The notes under the pieces were generated by a model that ran no database searches, was not told the DNA's origin, and worked only from the letters and a program-made list of their open reading frames with translations. Below, piece by piece: positions 16,671 through 30,679 of a stretch of 64,000 bases of DNA (within the stretch, counting starts at the first letter, position 1; every line of letters starts with the position of its first letter). Origin of the DNA: the human T2T-CHM13v2.0 reference genome, Homo sapiens. The translations under genes and the position numbers were made by a program. The stretch is taken from the NCBI RefSeq assembly GCF_009914755.1, contig NC_060927.1; one strand, 5' to 3'.

Positions 16671-18234
16671 ATAAGATATTATATCTTATATATAAGATAT
16701 TATATATAAGATATTATATATGATATTATATATGATATTATATAAAAGATATTATATATAAGGTATTATATATAAGATATGTATATATGTATATATGTAT
16801 ATAATATATACATATTACGTATATATGTATATATGTATATAATACATACATATTATGTATATATGTATATAATACATACATATTACGTATATATGTATAT
16901 AATACATACATATTACGTATATATGTATATAATACATATATATTACGTATATATGTATATAATACATACATATTACGTATATATGTATGTATGTATATAA
17001 TACATACATATTACGTATATATGTATGTATGTATATAATACATACATATTACGTATATATGTATGTATGTATATAATACATACATATTACGTTTATATGT
17101 ATGTATGTATATAATACATACATATTACGTTTATATGTATGTATGTATATAATACATACATATTACGTTTATATGTATGTATGTATATAATACATACATA
17201 TTACGTTTATATGTATGTATGTATATAATACATACATATTACGTTTATATGTATGTATGTATATAATACATACATATTACGTTTATATGTATGTATGTAT
17301 ATAATACATACATATTACGTATAATGTATGTATGTATATAATACATACATATTACGTATAATGTATGTATGTATATAATACATACATATTACGTATAATG
17401 TATGTATGTATATAATACATATTACGTATAATGTATGTATGTATATAATACATACATATTACGTATAATGTATGTATGTATATTATATAATATATATTAT
17501 ATGTATTATATATAATATATAATATACATAATATATATTTTATATGATATATATGATATATAATATATGTAATATATGTTATATAATATATAAAATATAT
17601 ATTATATAAAATATATGTTATATTTGTATATAATATATTATATATAATATATTATATATTTGTATATTATATATTATATATAACATATATAATGTATATA
17701 TTTGTATATTATATATTATGCATAACATATACAATGTATATTATGCATAACATATACAATGTATATTATGCATAACATATACAATGTATATTATACATAA
17801 CATATACAATGTATATTATACATAACATATACAATGTATATTATACATAACATATACAATGTATATTATACATAACATATACAATGTATATTATACATAA
17901 CATATACAATGTATATTATACATAACATATACAATGTATATTATACATAACATATACAATGTATATTATACATAACATATACAATGTATATTATACATAA
18001 CATATATAATGTATATTATACATAACATATATGCATATATACATATGTATATGTTATATACATATATAATAATATATATTATATATAATACCTCATATCT
18101 TATATAAGATAGTATATATTATATATGTAATATCTTATATATGATAGTATATATATTATATGTAATATCTTAGGTATTACATATATAATATATACAATCT
18201 TATATATCAGATAGTATATATATAATATATACTA
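16671..18234. repeat. AT-rich spacer of stacked VNTRs (30-, 38-, 37- and 25-bp units)
   Basis: Units read directly, e.g. atatgtatataatacatacatattacgtat and cataacatatacaatgtatattata. Confidence 0.95.
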
Positions 18235-18862
18235 TCTGATATATAAGATAGTATATATAATATATAATATATATTTTATATATATTATATATTACATATA
18301 TATATATTACACAGTCTGAATGAGTGACAGCTTTTCCTTTTGGCTGAGCAAAGAGAGTGGTTTCTTGTGACATAATGTACTCCTGGTGAATATGTTGTAA
18401 ACATTGTTGAAATGCCAACAAAAGATTTAGAATATTACCTAAACTTAGTTGATAAAGCAGTGGCAGGTCTTGAAAGGATTGATTGCAATTTTGAAAGAAG
18501 GTGTGCAGTGAACAAAATGCTATCAAACAGCATCACATGCTACAGAGAAATCTTTCATGACAGAAAGAATCAATGAATGTGGCAAATTTCATTTTTTTTT
18601 GTTTTAGGAGAGTCACAGCTACCCCACAAGTCACCAACCACCCCCTTGACTAGTCAGCCGCCATCCAAATCATGGCAAGGCTCTCCAACAGAAAAAAAGA
18701 TTGGGCTTGCTATAGGCTTAAAAGTTTGTTAGCATTTTTTAAAATAATGTATTTTTTAAATTAAGGTATGTACTTTTTTTAGACATGATGTTATTGCACA
18801 TTTAATAGGCTGCAGTACAATGTAAACATAACTTTTATATATACTGAGAAGCCATAAAGTTT
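18235..18862 (+). repeat. Right arm of inverted repeat (native Tigger1 3' part)
   Basis: Continues directly into the Tigger1 terminus at 18942. Confidence 0.96.
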
Positions 18863-21465
18863 GTTTGGTCACGTTTTTTTGTGATATTTCCTTTACTGTG
18901 TTGGTCTAGAACCAAATCAGCAATATCTCCTAGGTATGTCTGTATTTGGTTATTAGAATGGAAAAAAAGATGACTTCAATTTACTCAAGTAAAGGGGCAA
19001 TCTATTTGAAGATGCTGCTGCTGATGACGTTGATGGTTTATAAAGTTAGAACACAAAATGGCAGTCTGAAACCTAGATTTTTACCTGACATTAACCAGGC
19101 CACTCCCTCTACAGTCTACATAAGTTGAATTAAAGGTCGCCTCTAGAATAAATAAACTCTAGCCATTTTCGTCTTACCCTGTTTCACTAACTATTGGAGA
19201 ATAAAATGAGAGAGATAAACATACACACACACATACACACACATGCACACACATTGCGTGGGGTGTTTAACAAAATTAATCTAAAATCTGTTATTTTGAG
19301 AAGTCATCCTGTGCTAGCTCTCTATGTATGTGTATATATACACATACATATATAATAAGCATATATATATAAACACACATACACGCATATATACGGTCCT
19401 TTGACATGTCATTCTTCAAGAACTCACAATACATCTTTAAAGTGCTAAGCGTTTTACAAAATATGCATTTATTGATATTTCACTTGAGTATTTCTGAAAT
19501 TGATTTCCAAGGTAGACACTTCTTCAATTATTGTTTGCCAAATTCCATTTCCCACCAATCCCACAAAAGTGCCATTTCATGATAGTAGCTCCCCTACAGC
19601 CTAACTCCCAAAGGAAAATAATACAATATTTCATAACCTGCCTCTTCCTCACCCCTTAAAATCAAACTCTTTATACTTTGCTTAGAAACATTAGGTCCAT
19701 CAACCATGTATGCCCTGGGCATCAATTCTATGTAATGACTGAATAAATGCATTGAAATACGGTGAGAATTTTTCCTTCGGGGCTATTAAGGATGGCCTGC
19801 ATATGCATTTTCCTTTTTCAAACTGGAGAAAAATATGTGTTAAATAGAGAGCAGATTTTTATGGCTAAGATATTCAAGCGGAAGAGAATTGTCTGTCTAC
19901 AATAGGGAGATTTTTTAGGGGAACTGGCTCATTGGTATTCTAATTACAGGCCAGTTAAATAACCCATCTCTAATAATTACCCCTGAAATTTAGGAAAATG
20001 TAAATTAGATTTGCCTTCTATGAAGCCCACATTTCAGTGTGCTAATTTTTCGAGCATAGTCAAGGTAAAAAAAGTTAACTAATTAGAAAATATGTTCATT
20101 TTTTAAAGTTTTGTGAGGGCCTCTGCGAGTTCTCATCTTTCTCTTTGAGATTCTTTTTAAACTAAATATGCTAAGGGAAATAAGAACTGTGAATTCAACT
20201 AGGTTCATAATGAAAATGACAGCACATGTATTAATGACATTATAATATTGAATACATGTGATATTCAAAAAGGCTCCATTTATTAAGTAAGGTATATTGA
20301 TGAATTATGCTTTTCTTCCAATTCTAAAACTGGGTTTGTATTATATGTAAACATTTGATATAATGTGTGTCTACGCATGAACCGTGTGATTTTATTTTGA
20401 TAGTGTCACAATATTACTAGAAAGAGAATATTATGAGTTATTTGCAGAGTCATATAAAATATGATCTCCATTCAAGGAATTGGACTTTATAAAACCAGGT
20501 AACTAGACATGCAGAAAACGGACTGAAATTTATCTTGAAAATCATTGGTTAAGACTATAAGCTCCACGTGATAAAATAAAAAAAAGATTTCACCCCAGAG
20601 CTTAGTTAAATGTAAGAATATAGTGAGTGGTGGAGAAATAATTTATTAATTACAAGAATATACTCTTTTTTGACCTTTAATATTCTGAATGCTATTAATA
20701 TTTATTATTATTATATTTGTCAACAACAGCAATGACTTGTTTTATTTTTTACCAATTAAAATTGGATTTCATGGATCAACAGAGTTCGTTGTGGAGTGTT
20801 TTCAACACTCTACAGTTATTTACATTTATAACTCCAGTCTTATTTTTTCCTTCTATTCCAAAAAACCTGGATAGCCACAACAATTTATTTTGCATTTTAA
20901 CCTCCCAGGCCACCAAACATTATAGATAATGCCAATTAGTTTCACCACATAACTTTAATCTCACAGTAATTCTAAACATTATAAGTTTATCTCCAATAAC
21001 ATTTCTCACAAAGGATATTCACTATTTCTCTTTTTCTGTAGTCTCTGAATCTGTGTTCATATATTTTTCTTCCCCTCCTGTTACCACGTATGAACTATGT
21101 ATGTTGCTAAGGACATCCTCTCTACTTATTAATGTGCTACATTTCACCCCCTTTCACCTATTCAGAAAATATATTATAAAATTATTTTCTTTTTTGCCTG
21201 CATTTCTATTGTACTTTCTCCCCCATAGTGTGATAGATTGCAAACTATGGCTCTGTTTTGTCAGACAAGTATGATGCAGCTGGTGAGGTCAGGATTATTG
21301 AGGATGTTTTCAGCAAAATGATGCTAATCTAGCCTGGCTAAGGAGAAGAGAAAAGAACTACAGAAAAACATAATAGGTTCAATACATCAGATATCTATAA
21401 CATTGTTAGAGTTGACACATTAAAGAAAAAAGTGATTATGTGTAAGAATTCAAAAGTTTACATAT

Positions 21466-23033
21466 TTTAGCTATTGTGAATGGTGGGAGTACAGATATCT
21501 CTTTGATAAACAGATTTTATTTCTTTTGGATATATTTTTCAGGAGCAGAATTGCAGGATCATATGATATATTATTTTTAGTTTTATAAGGAACCTCCATA
21601 CAGTTTTCCTTAGTGGCTGTACTAATGTACATTCCCACCAACAGAGTACGAGGGTTCCCCTTTCTCCACATCTGCACTAACATCTGCTATGGCCTGTCTT
21701 TTTGATAAAAGCAATTTTAACTGGGGTGAGATGATAGCTCATCGTGGTTTTGTTGTGTGTTTCCTCGGTTAGTGATGCTCAACATTTTCTCAAATATCTG
21801 TTGGTCATTTGTTTGTCTTCTTTTGAGAAATGTCTGTATAGACTTTTGGCCCATTTTTTAATTGTGCTTTTCTTTGGGTATTGAGCTCCTTGTATATTCT
21901 GCTGATTAGTCCCTTGTCAGATGGATAGTTGTAAATATTTTCTCCTGTTCTGTGGGTTGTCTATCTTGTTGATTGTTTCTTCTGCTGATCAGAAGTTTTT
22001 ATGCTTTTTGATGTCATCCCATTTGTTCATTTGTGCTTTGGTCGTCTGTGCTTCAGAAATTGCATGCAAAAAGGCTTTGCCCAGACCAATGTCCTGGAGC
22101 ATTTCCCCCATGTTTCCTTCAGTAGTTTTCATAATGTCAGGTCCTAGATTTAAGTCTTTAATTCACTTTCATTTTATTTTTGCACATAGTGAAAAATAGG
22201 TGTCTAGTTTCATTTTTCTGCATATGAATATTCGTATTTCTCAGCATCATTTATTGAAGATATTGCTCTTTCTCCATTGTATGTTCTTGGCCCCTTGCCA
22301 AAGATGAGTTGGCTATAAATGGGTGAATTTATATATGAGTTATATAATCTGTTCCATTGGACTGTATTTCTGGTTACTATAGTTTTGTAGTAAATTTTGA
22401 AGCCACACTTTGTTATCCTTCTAGGTTTGTTTTCTTGCTTAGAATTGCTCTGGCTATTCAGGAGCTTTAGCAATTTCATCTACATTTTAGAATAATTTTC
22501 TGTTTCTGTAAATAATGTCATTGGCATTTTAATAGGGATTGCATTAAATATGTAAATTGTTTTGAGTGGTATACCAGTTTAACAATATTAATTCTTCCAA
22601 TCCATGAGCATGGAATATCTTTTAAGTGAAATAAACCAAGCATAGGAATATAAATATTGAATATTTCTGTCTTTTATGTCAGAGCTAAAAGAGTGTATCC
22701 CATAAAGATAGAAAGTAGATTGGTGGTTTCCAGAGGCTGGGAAGGGCAGGGGGCGGGGATAATAAAGATAATTGATAGGTACAAATATATTGTTTGATAG
22801 ATATAATTAGATTTATGTTTAATACATTAGTCGGATGATTATAGTTTACAAAACTCTACTGCACATTTCAATATAGTGTAAAGAACAATTTGAATATTTC
22901 TAGCATAAAAAAGACAAAGAATTAAGGTGAAGAAAATCACAACTACACAGACTTGATCTTTATAAATTATATGAATATATTTAATTATCATATGTACCTT
23001 GAAACTAGGTACATCTGCTATGCATCAATAAAA
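21466..23033 (+). mobile_element. L1MA element with 5' inversion (antisense ~21466-22620, sense 3'UTR ~22621-23033)
   Basis: Antisense ORF2 remnants (ORFs 21471-, 22210-) switch at ~22620 to sense ttaagtgaaataaaccaag...atcaataaaa. Confidence 0.82.
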
Positions 23034-23039
23034 GGACTG

Positions 23040-26000
23040 TTTTATAAAAAATAACATTGGGAAATATTAAATATGTAATATACATGTAGTTGGAATATGA
23101 GAAAAATGAATAAGAAATAATATTTGAAGAGCATAACACATTAAAAATAATAATAGCTAATAACTTTCTAAGATTGATTGTCATCAATTCACAGATCTAG
23201 GTAGCTCAGATAACTTCAAGCAGAATAATTTCCAAGACAAATGATACACACACACACACACTCCTAAGCATATCATTTTGAAATTGCAGAGAACCATAGA
23301 TAAAGCAAAAATTTTGAGATAAGCCAGGGCCAGGGTTGAGGGATGTGGATGGAGAAACTTATGTATAAAACAAAGGTAAGAATGGCAAAGGACGTCTTGT
23401 AATAAATCAGGTCAGCAAGAAGAGAGTGCAGTGAAAAAATTAGTGCTGAAAAATAAAACCCGCTAAATTAACATTGTATACCCAGCAAAATTATTCTTTG
23501 AAAGCGAAGAAGGAATAAAGGTGTCCTCAGACAATCAGAAAACTGAGTCAATTCATTGCCAGTAGTTATATCTTGCAAGAAGTGTTAAAATATAATATAT
23601 TTAGAGAGAAGGTAAATGATAGAGGTTAACAACTTGTGTCTACATAGAGAGAGAAGGAACACCACGGAAAACTAAATTGAAGTAAAATATATTTTATGTT
23701 TTTAATTTGTAACTTATATCAACTTGTATTTGATATAAAGGTAAAGTTTTGTTAAAAGGAGAAAATAATATTATATTGGATAAGTGAAATGAATGACAGC
23801 AATGTCAAAACGGATGGGGGAGAGGAATGGTTAATACACTTTTAGAAGGCTCTGACCTAGACATAGAATAATATCTGAAAGTGAAATTATATTAGTTAAA
23901 TTTGCACGTGGAAAATTCTTGTGAAGCCAGTGTAAAATATTTCAAATAATTATATTGGAATGCTATAAACGGAGATAAAATAACTTCATGTAAAATATGC
24001 ACTTGAAGTCAAGGCAGAAAAAGAGGGAACAGTAATTTCACAAATGGAAAATAATTATAAGCATAGTAGATATCAATTCAACTATATCAGTAATCACTTT
24101 AAATATGAACCATCTTTATACACCAAATAAAAGTTCCACTATATATCGTCTACAAGATTCCTGTTTTAAATGAAAAGATACAGATAGGGTACATGTTAAA
24201 AAACGTTAAAAGATGTCCCATGCTAACACTAATCCAAAAAAGGCTGAAGTTACAATACTAATTTTAGACAATGCAGAATTAAGAAAAAGAAAGATTAGCA
24301 GGGATAAAAGGGATATTAAATAAGAATAAAAGAGCCAATTATTTAAAGATACTTAATAATCTTAAACAAGTATGCACCTAAAAACAGAGCACAAAAACAC
24401 GTAAGGGAACAATTAATAGAATCAAAATAAGAATTAGAGAAACACAAAATTATAATTAAAACTTTACTCTGCAACTATTCTTAATATGAAAAGAATTTAA
24501 AGATACAGAAATTGAAGAAGAAAAGAAAAATGTCTTTAAACAAAGATGACATAATTGTTTATGCAGATGGTATAACAAATCTACAAAAATAATTCCTGGA
24601 ACTAATAAATGTTGTAACAACGTATCTAATTCTAAAGTCCTGTATTTGAATGATAAAGGATAGAAATTAAAAAGTAATAAACCAATACCATTTACAATAC
24701 CAAAATATGTAGCTATAAATATAACAAATAATGTATAGAATCTGGATGAAGAACATAGCAAAACATTATAGAAATTTTAAAATTAGGTCTACATAAGTGA
24801 AGAGATAGTCCATGTTGATGGATAAGAATTCTTAATATTGTTAAGATAGCAATTCTTCAAACATGACTTATTGATTCAATTTAATCCCAAATAAAATCCC
24901 AGGGGGTTATTTATAGCTATCGACAAACTGATTCTAACATTTATATGGAAAGATAGAAGACCCAAAATAGCCAATAAACATTGAAAATAATAAAGTTGGA
25001 ACAGCAACCCTATTTTCAAATTTTACTGTAAAGCTGCATTAATGAAGAGAACATGATATTGGTGAAAAAACAGACACAGAGGTCAGTGGAAGAAATTAGA
25101 GAGCCCAGAAAAGACATTCACAAATAGAGTCCACTGATTTTTTAGCTAATTTTTTTGACAAAGATGTATAGACAATTCAATCGAGGTAGTACTGTCAAAG
25201 CTGAAACAAATGGATGTCCACATTTAAATTTTCTTAATCTAGACACAGACGTTACATCTATGAAAAAAATAACTTGAATTAGATGGTAGACCTAACTGTA
25301 ACTGCAAACAGATACAATTTCCAGAAGAAAACAGAAAAGAGTAACTGTGATTCTTTTAGTTGGTGATGAAGTATTTGATACAGCACCAAAAACATTACAT
25401 AAAAGTAACAAAATTGAAAAACTAGACTTTATTAAAATTAAAAATGTCCACTCTGCACAAGACACTCAGAATTTAAGAGAGAATCTAGAAGGAAATACAA
25501 GCTAAGGTACATATGTAATAAAGGAATTCTCTTCAAAATATATAAAGATCTCTTAAAACTGAACAATGAGGAAATGACTCAATTATCTGAACAGACAACT
25601 TACGAAAAGAGAAATTCAGGTGACAGATAAGCAATGGAAATATGCTCAACATAATTCGCCATTAAGAAAATGACTATTATAACACAACAAGATACCACTA
25701 CACACCTATTACAATTACTGCAATCCAAAACTATCTGAGAATGCCATTTATTGTTAAGGAAGTCCCATTGACTGCTGGCAGGAATACAACATACAACTGT
25801 TATGTTAGAAGGCAATTTGGCAGTTTCTTAGAAAAATAAGCATAGTCTTACCATAAATATTACACTTTAAATTTTTTACCTAACATATCAGAAATAATAA
25901 GCCTGTTTTTACAAAAGCTTTACAAAAATGTTCACAGTAGCTTTATTCACAATTGCCAAAAACTTGAAGCAAACAAAATTTCCTTCAATATGTGAATGGA

Positions 26001-26700
26001 TAAATAAACTATCTTACATTTATACAGTAAAATAATAAGTATTGAAAGGAAATAAGCTATTATACCACAAAATGATACAGATAAAACTAAAATGCATATT
26101 GCTAAGTGACAAGTCTGAAAAACCTATATATTGTGTGAATCTCATTATATGCCATTCTGGAAAAAGCAGAATTATAGAGATATTAGACAGACTGGGGGTT
26201 TCCAGGTGTGTTTGGGGGAAACTGGGGGAGAATGAAACAGGTGAAGTCTAATAAATACTACCTCAGCCAGTTGATCAGATTTAACATCAACAGTAATAAT
26301 GCATGTTGGCCCCATGTACCTTTGATAGGATAATATGAGAATGGCACTTTACCTCTGTTGCCTTGATACAAGCTAATAATCTTAGTCTAATCATGAAAAA
26401 ACATGAGATAAACCCAAATCAAGAGACATTCTCCAAAATATCTGAACAATACATCTTAAAACTGTCAAAAACATCAAAACAAGGATAGTCTGAAAAACTA
26501 CCACAGCCAGGAGGAGTCTAAAGAGATAATACCAGTGCAATGTGGTATCCTGCATAGGACTCTGAAACATATAAGGATGGTAGATAAGAACTATGAAATT
26601 ATAAAAAATCTATGCATTTTATAAATGAATAATACATAATTAATTTCTCATTAATTGTGATGACTACACTGATGTAAAATGTTAACAGTGGGATTAAGAA
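23040..26700 (+). mobile_element. Old L1M (L1MC/MD-like) with ORF1/ORF2 remnants and 3'UTR
   Basis: tatacccagcaaaattattctttgaaa; aacatgacttattgattcaatttaatcccaa; 3'UTR ttaacatcaacagtaataa...atgagaatggcactttacctctg. Confidence 0.75.
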
Positions 26701-28629
26701 TAAGAAAAAATCGCTAGTAAGATGAAGCATGAGCATTTATATGTAAAAAATACATGCTATACAGTCATAGAAAGTTATTTCTCATAATTAACTCTAGACT
26801 TACTAAGAGTCAATCCAATATAGCAAAACTATTTATTTATGTGATAATAAGAAATTTTATTTGCCTAACGAAGTTCTTGACATGCAATACCTCCTTAGAA
26901 ATGTTTGCTGAATGAATATGTAAATGAGTGAATGAGGAATTATTCAAGGTTCTTCTCCTTGCCCTTTTTATTCCTGATTCTCTAACGTTTTCCATTTATA
27001 CCTTAGCTTCACTGACTTGATCTCCCATCTTGGACATGTTTCTTTCCAGGTGTAATTGGTTTTTTTCTAGCTTGAAAGATAGGTTAGTGGTCATTTCTGT
27101 TTATTTAAATAGTATCTCTAGGACTCCCAGATATTAATTCTTATTGGCATAAGTGAATTTACCACCTTTTCTAAATAGATATCATTTTGTAATTTCTATA
27201 ATATTACAATCAGAATGTAGTTTACATTTAAAGTGAAAAAACTTAGATGCAGAAAAAATAAATCTTGACTCACCTTTTAAAATAATACGTTTAGAATTTT
27301 AAAAACATGTAGATCAAGCATTTGTTCACACTATAAAACTCCCTCCAAGTGTTGTATATGGCAAGCTCCACAGAACAGGATCAGAAACTTTCTGTTTATC
27401 TCTGATGTGACAACAATAAACTACATACAGAAGTTGCTCAAAATATTAATTGGATACATTTAATTAATTGATTCCTAAAATGTAGATTTCCAAAGATTTT
27501 CATCTATAGGAAAAATCATTTAATAATTTAAAAAATACTGAGATTGTAGATCCTAAAAAACTAAATATAATAACACATTTAAAAGCCTATTTTAAATTTA
27601 TAGTTATAACTTTAAAACTTTCAACATAAATTTTAATCAGCCTCTCAAGTGTCTTAAAAAGTATAAAGTCAGCAGCATTATTTTATTAATTACATAGATC
27701 TTCCATCAAAACAGCAATTATTTGTTGTCACTGAGAGACAAGTATCTTTAATGATCAAATTCATGTTTACACTACATATCAATCTCCATTTTATGAATGA
27801 TATTCAATAGTGGGTTTCTTTAATCAAGAAATATAAATGTATATTCTCCAGGTTTTGCTCAGTATGCCATTTTTCAAGCAGCTGTTTTAAATCAAGTTTT
27901 GTAATTTTTGACTCTGCAGGTTTTCAAAAATGCTGAGTGACTAGTTTTAACCACTTGGACAAGAAGTCAAAGAAAATATGCAGAAAATATTTTCATGAAT
28001 TTAGGAGTCTGTCTTAGCTATACTTTCAACTGACCTTCCTGTGGCTTAATATTGTGCCCTTTGCAAAAGAAGCTCTTTTTTTAATTTGCTCTGTTTTGTC
28101 TGCGGTGAATTCAATTTATTGCTAACCACATGTAGCCCTGAAGCATTAGGCCCACCTGTTCACAGGCGTTGCTATCCTGGCACACAGCTGTTATAGTGCC
28201 TGAGTTCCTGAATGAATGCAAAAGTATTGACTAACTTTCCACACACCCATATATACAAAATCTACACAGGGTTTTATCTGATGGTGTTAAAAGGTAATCC
28301 CTTTTATCTCACATTTCTTTGCTATGAGATTTTCAATTTTTGATTTCTATTATTTAGAACCTACTGAATTAAGTTACTTTTCCTATCAGATTTAAGTATG
28401 TTATTTATGGAAAATACACACGCACACACCAGGGAACAAAGTCTTTTGGATATAAAAACAGAATAGGATCATCAAATGCTTAGCTAGGGCTGTGTCATTT
28501 AAGCAAATAACATTAAGTTAATGTAAATAATACTTTGCTCATTGGAGATTTTGTAATACTTTGGCCATATGCAAGAGTTCAAAAGAAAAAAAGACAGCCA
28601 AGATTATTTTTACATTTGTTTTACAATGT

Positions 28630-28870
28630 TTTCCTCAATAATAGGAATACAATGAGGAACCCGCTATGTGTTCGGTAAATATTAATTCAATCTAAACTGA
28701 CTAACTTTTTGAGGTATCTAAATTATTATTATGTTCATTTTACAGATAGAGAAATTGAGCAAAGAGTAACTTGCCTGATGTCAAACTGCTGGTAATTTGC
28801 AGAATCAGGTTTGAAATTTAAATAGCTCTGCTCAAAAAATCATGTTCTAACCATTACATTATCCTGCTCT
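28630..28870 (-). mobile_element. MIR
   Basis: MIR core cattttacagatagagaaattgag...taacttgcctgatgtca. Confidence 0.75.
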
Positions 28871-30441
28871 TCCTCAAGGAACAAGCCTTTAAATGATGTT
28901 GTGAAAGCAAAAATATGCAGCTACTATTTGTTTATATTGATTTTGTGGTTGTTATAAATTGTCTTGAAAATATTCATTTTAAAATATATTATTCTAATTT
29001 GTCATTTACATGAAGACATCATGTTATTTTACTGCGTACAATCACAAATAGAAACTTTTAAGTGTTTGGGGAGAAGTAAAAAAGAAAAGTTGAGATCGGA
29101 CTTATCCTTGGCATCAAAACCATGTGGAAATCAATTTGTGACCTTGAAAAAATTATAACTTTTTTTGATCTTCACTTTGTTCTTAGGGATGAACCCATTA
29201 AAATTAAATAAAAAGTCATTAAACCCAGCTGTCAACATTACATGTATGGTTCTAATTATGAGCAGAGGAATTACTGTAATAGATGTAACACTTTTTATTA
29301 TACAAACTGTAACCAAACATCATCGTCCAATTCACATATTAAAAAAATCATGTCTGTAATATAGTACGATAAAATGATGCAATAAACCTAATTCTTAAAT
29401 ATACTTTAAGGTGCTGATTAAGATTTAGAGAGAGGAAGCAAAAATATACAGGTAATATTTTTTGAAAACTATATGTAATCTCATTGTTAAAATGGCACAA
29501 ATAATTATATTCTTCTATCAGCGGATAGTTGCTTCAGTTTGGCCATTGACTTAAGATACTACGTTAGAATTTATTTTGACAAAAATAACCTTCTTGGATT
29601 AGGCATAACTTATTTACCAAGTATAGATTAGAAATATAGTTGCACTTACAAGTTGCAAATACTGTTTATCTCCTGGTTTGCTTATACTTTGGTCTTAAAT
29701 TCACACTATGAATACTTAAACACCAAGGTTCTTCTATAACTTTAAATATGCACAAACTTCAGAAACTTTAGCAGTTTTTAAACAAGCATGTCTCCTTATG
29801 AGACTAATAATATTCCCAAAGAATTGTTCAGAGTAGGAGCATTTTTTGAAGGCAAAGTCGCCATGTGTAGCTACAATAAAATTTCCATTTAATTATAATG
29901 TGACCCACTGTAAAATATGATATTAGTATGTCAAGTCAATTTTATGCTCCCCTCTTCTGAGGCTATTTAGCACAACAAATTTCACGCTAATCAGTTGGAG
30001 CATTTAAAGTCAAAGATGGAAATTTGTCATTTCTGCATATCTTATGAAACATATGTGTGCGCACATGTATTTATGGTAAATGTAGCCCTGTATTGCAATT
30101 TAAATTAGCAGTGACACTTTAGCATAAGTTTCATATTGTTAAAATTTAGATACAAATAGGAATATAGTATATAAATATTATTAAAATGTTATTACACTAT
30201 ATAGAAAACATGACATAATCCATAAGAAAACTAGGAGGAAGAATTATATATCAAAGATCTCAGAAGTGGTTACTTCCAAGTGTAATGATTTTTAATAACC
30301 ATTTTTTTCTTTTTTCTTATGGCCATTTTATATTTTTTATGGTGTGACTATATTATTTGTTAATTTTGTACACATTAAGACCACATGAGCTGGATTTCAA
30401 TTACTTAAGGTTAACAGACTATAGAATGGATTCCCAAAATG

Positions 30442-30444
<3 letters not shown>

Positions 30445-30493
<49 letters not shown>
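30445..30493. repeat. (TA)n microsatellite, ~24 units, followed by (CA)n
   Basis: Read directly. Confidence 0.97.
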
Positions 30494-30501
<8 letters not shown>

Positions 30502-30679
30502 TAAGATACAGGTTATGTTTCTTCATATAACACTAAGATTTTTAGGAAGAACTCTTCCTTCTCCAGGAGAGAGCTATGATATTCATATAATATAATTTTG
30601 TAATTATATACATTTTTATTTTATTATTATATATTTTCAAATTTAATTATAATATTAAATTTAAAAATAAAAATAAATA

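Noticed and set aside
16033-18862. Novel foldback or MITE transposon with long TIRs
   Set aside because: The arms are internal Tigger1 sequence, the right arm runs on into the native Tigger1 end, and no TSD flanks the pair
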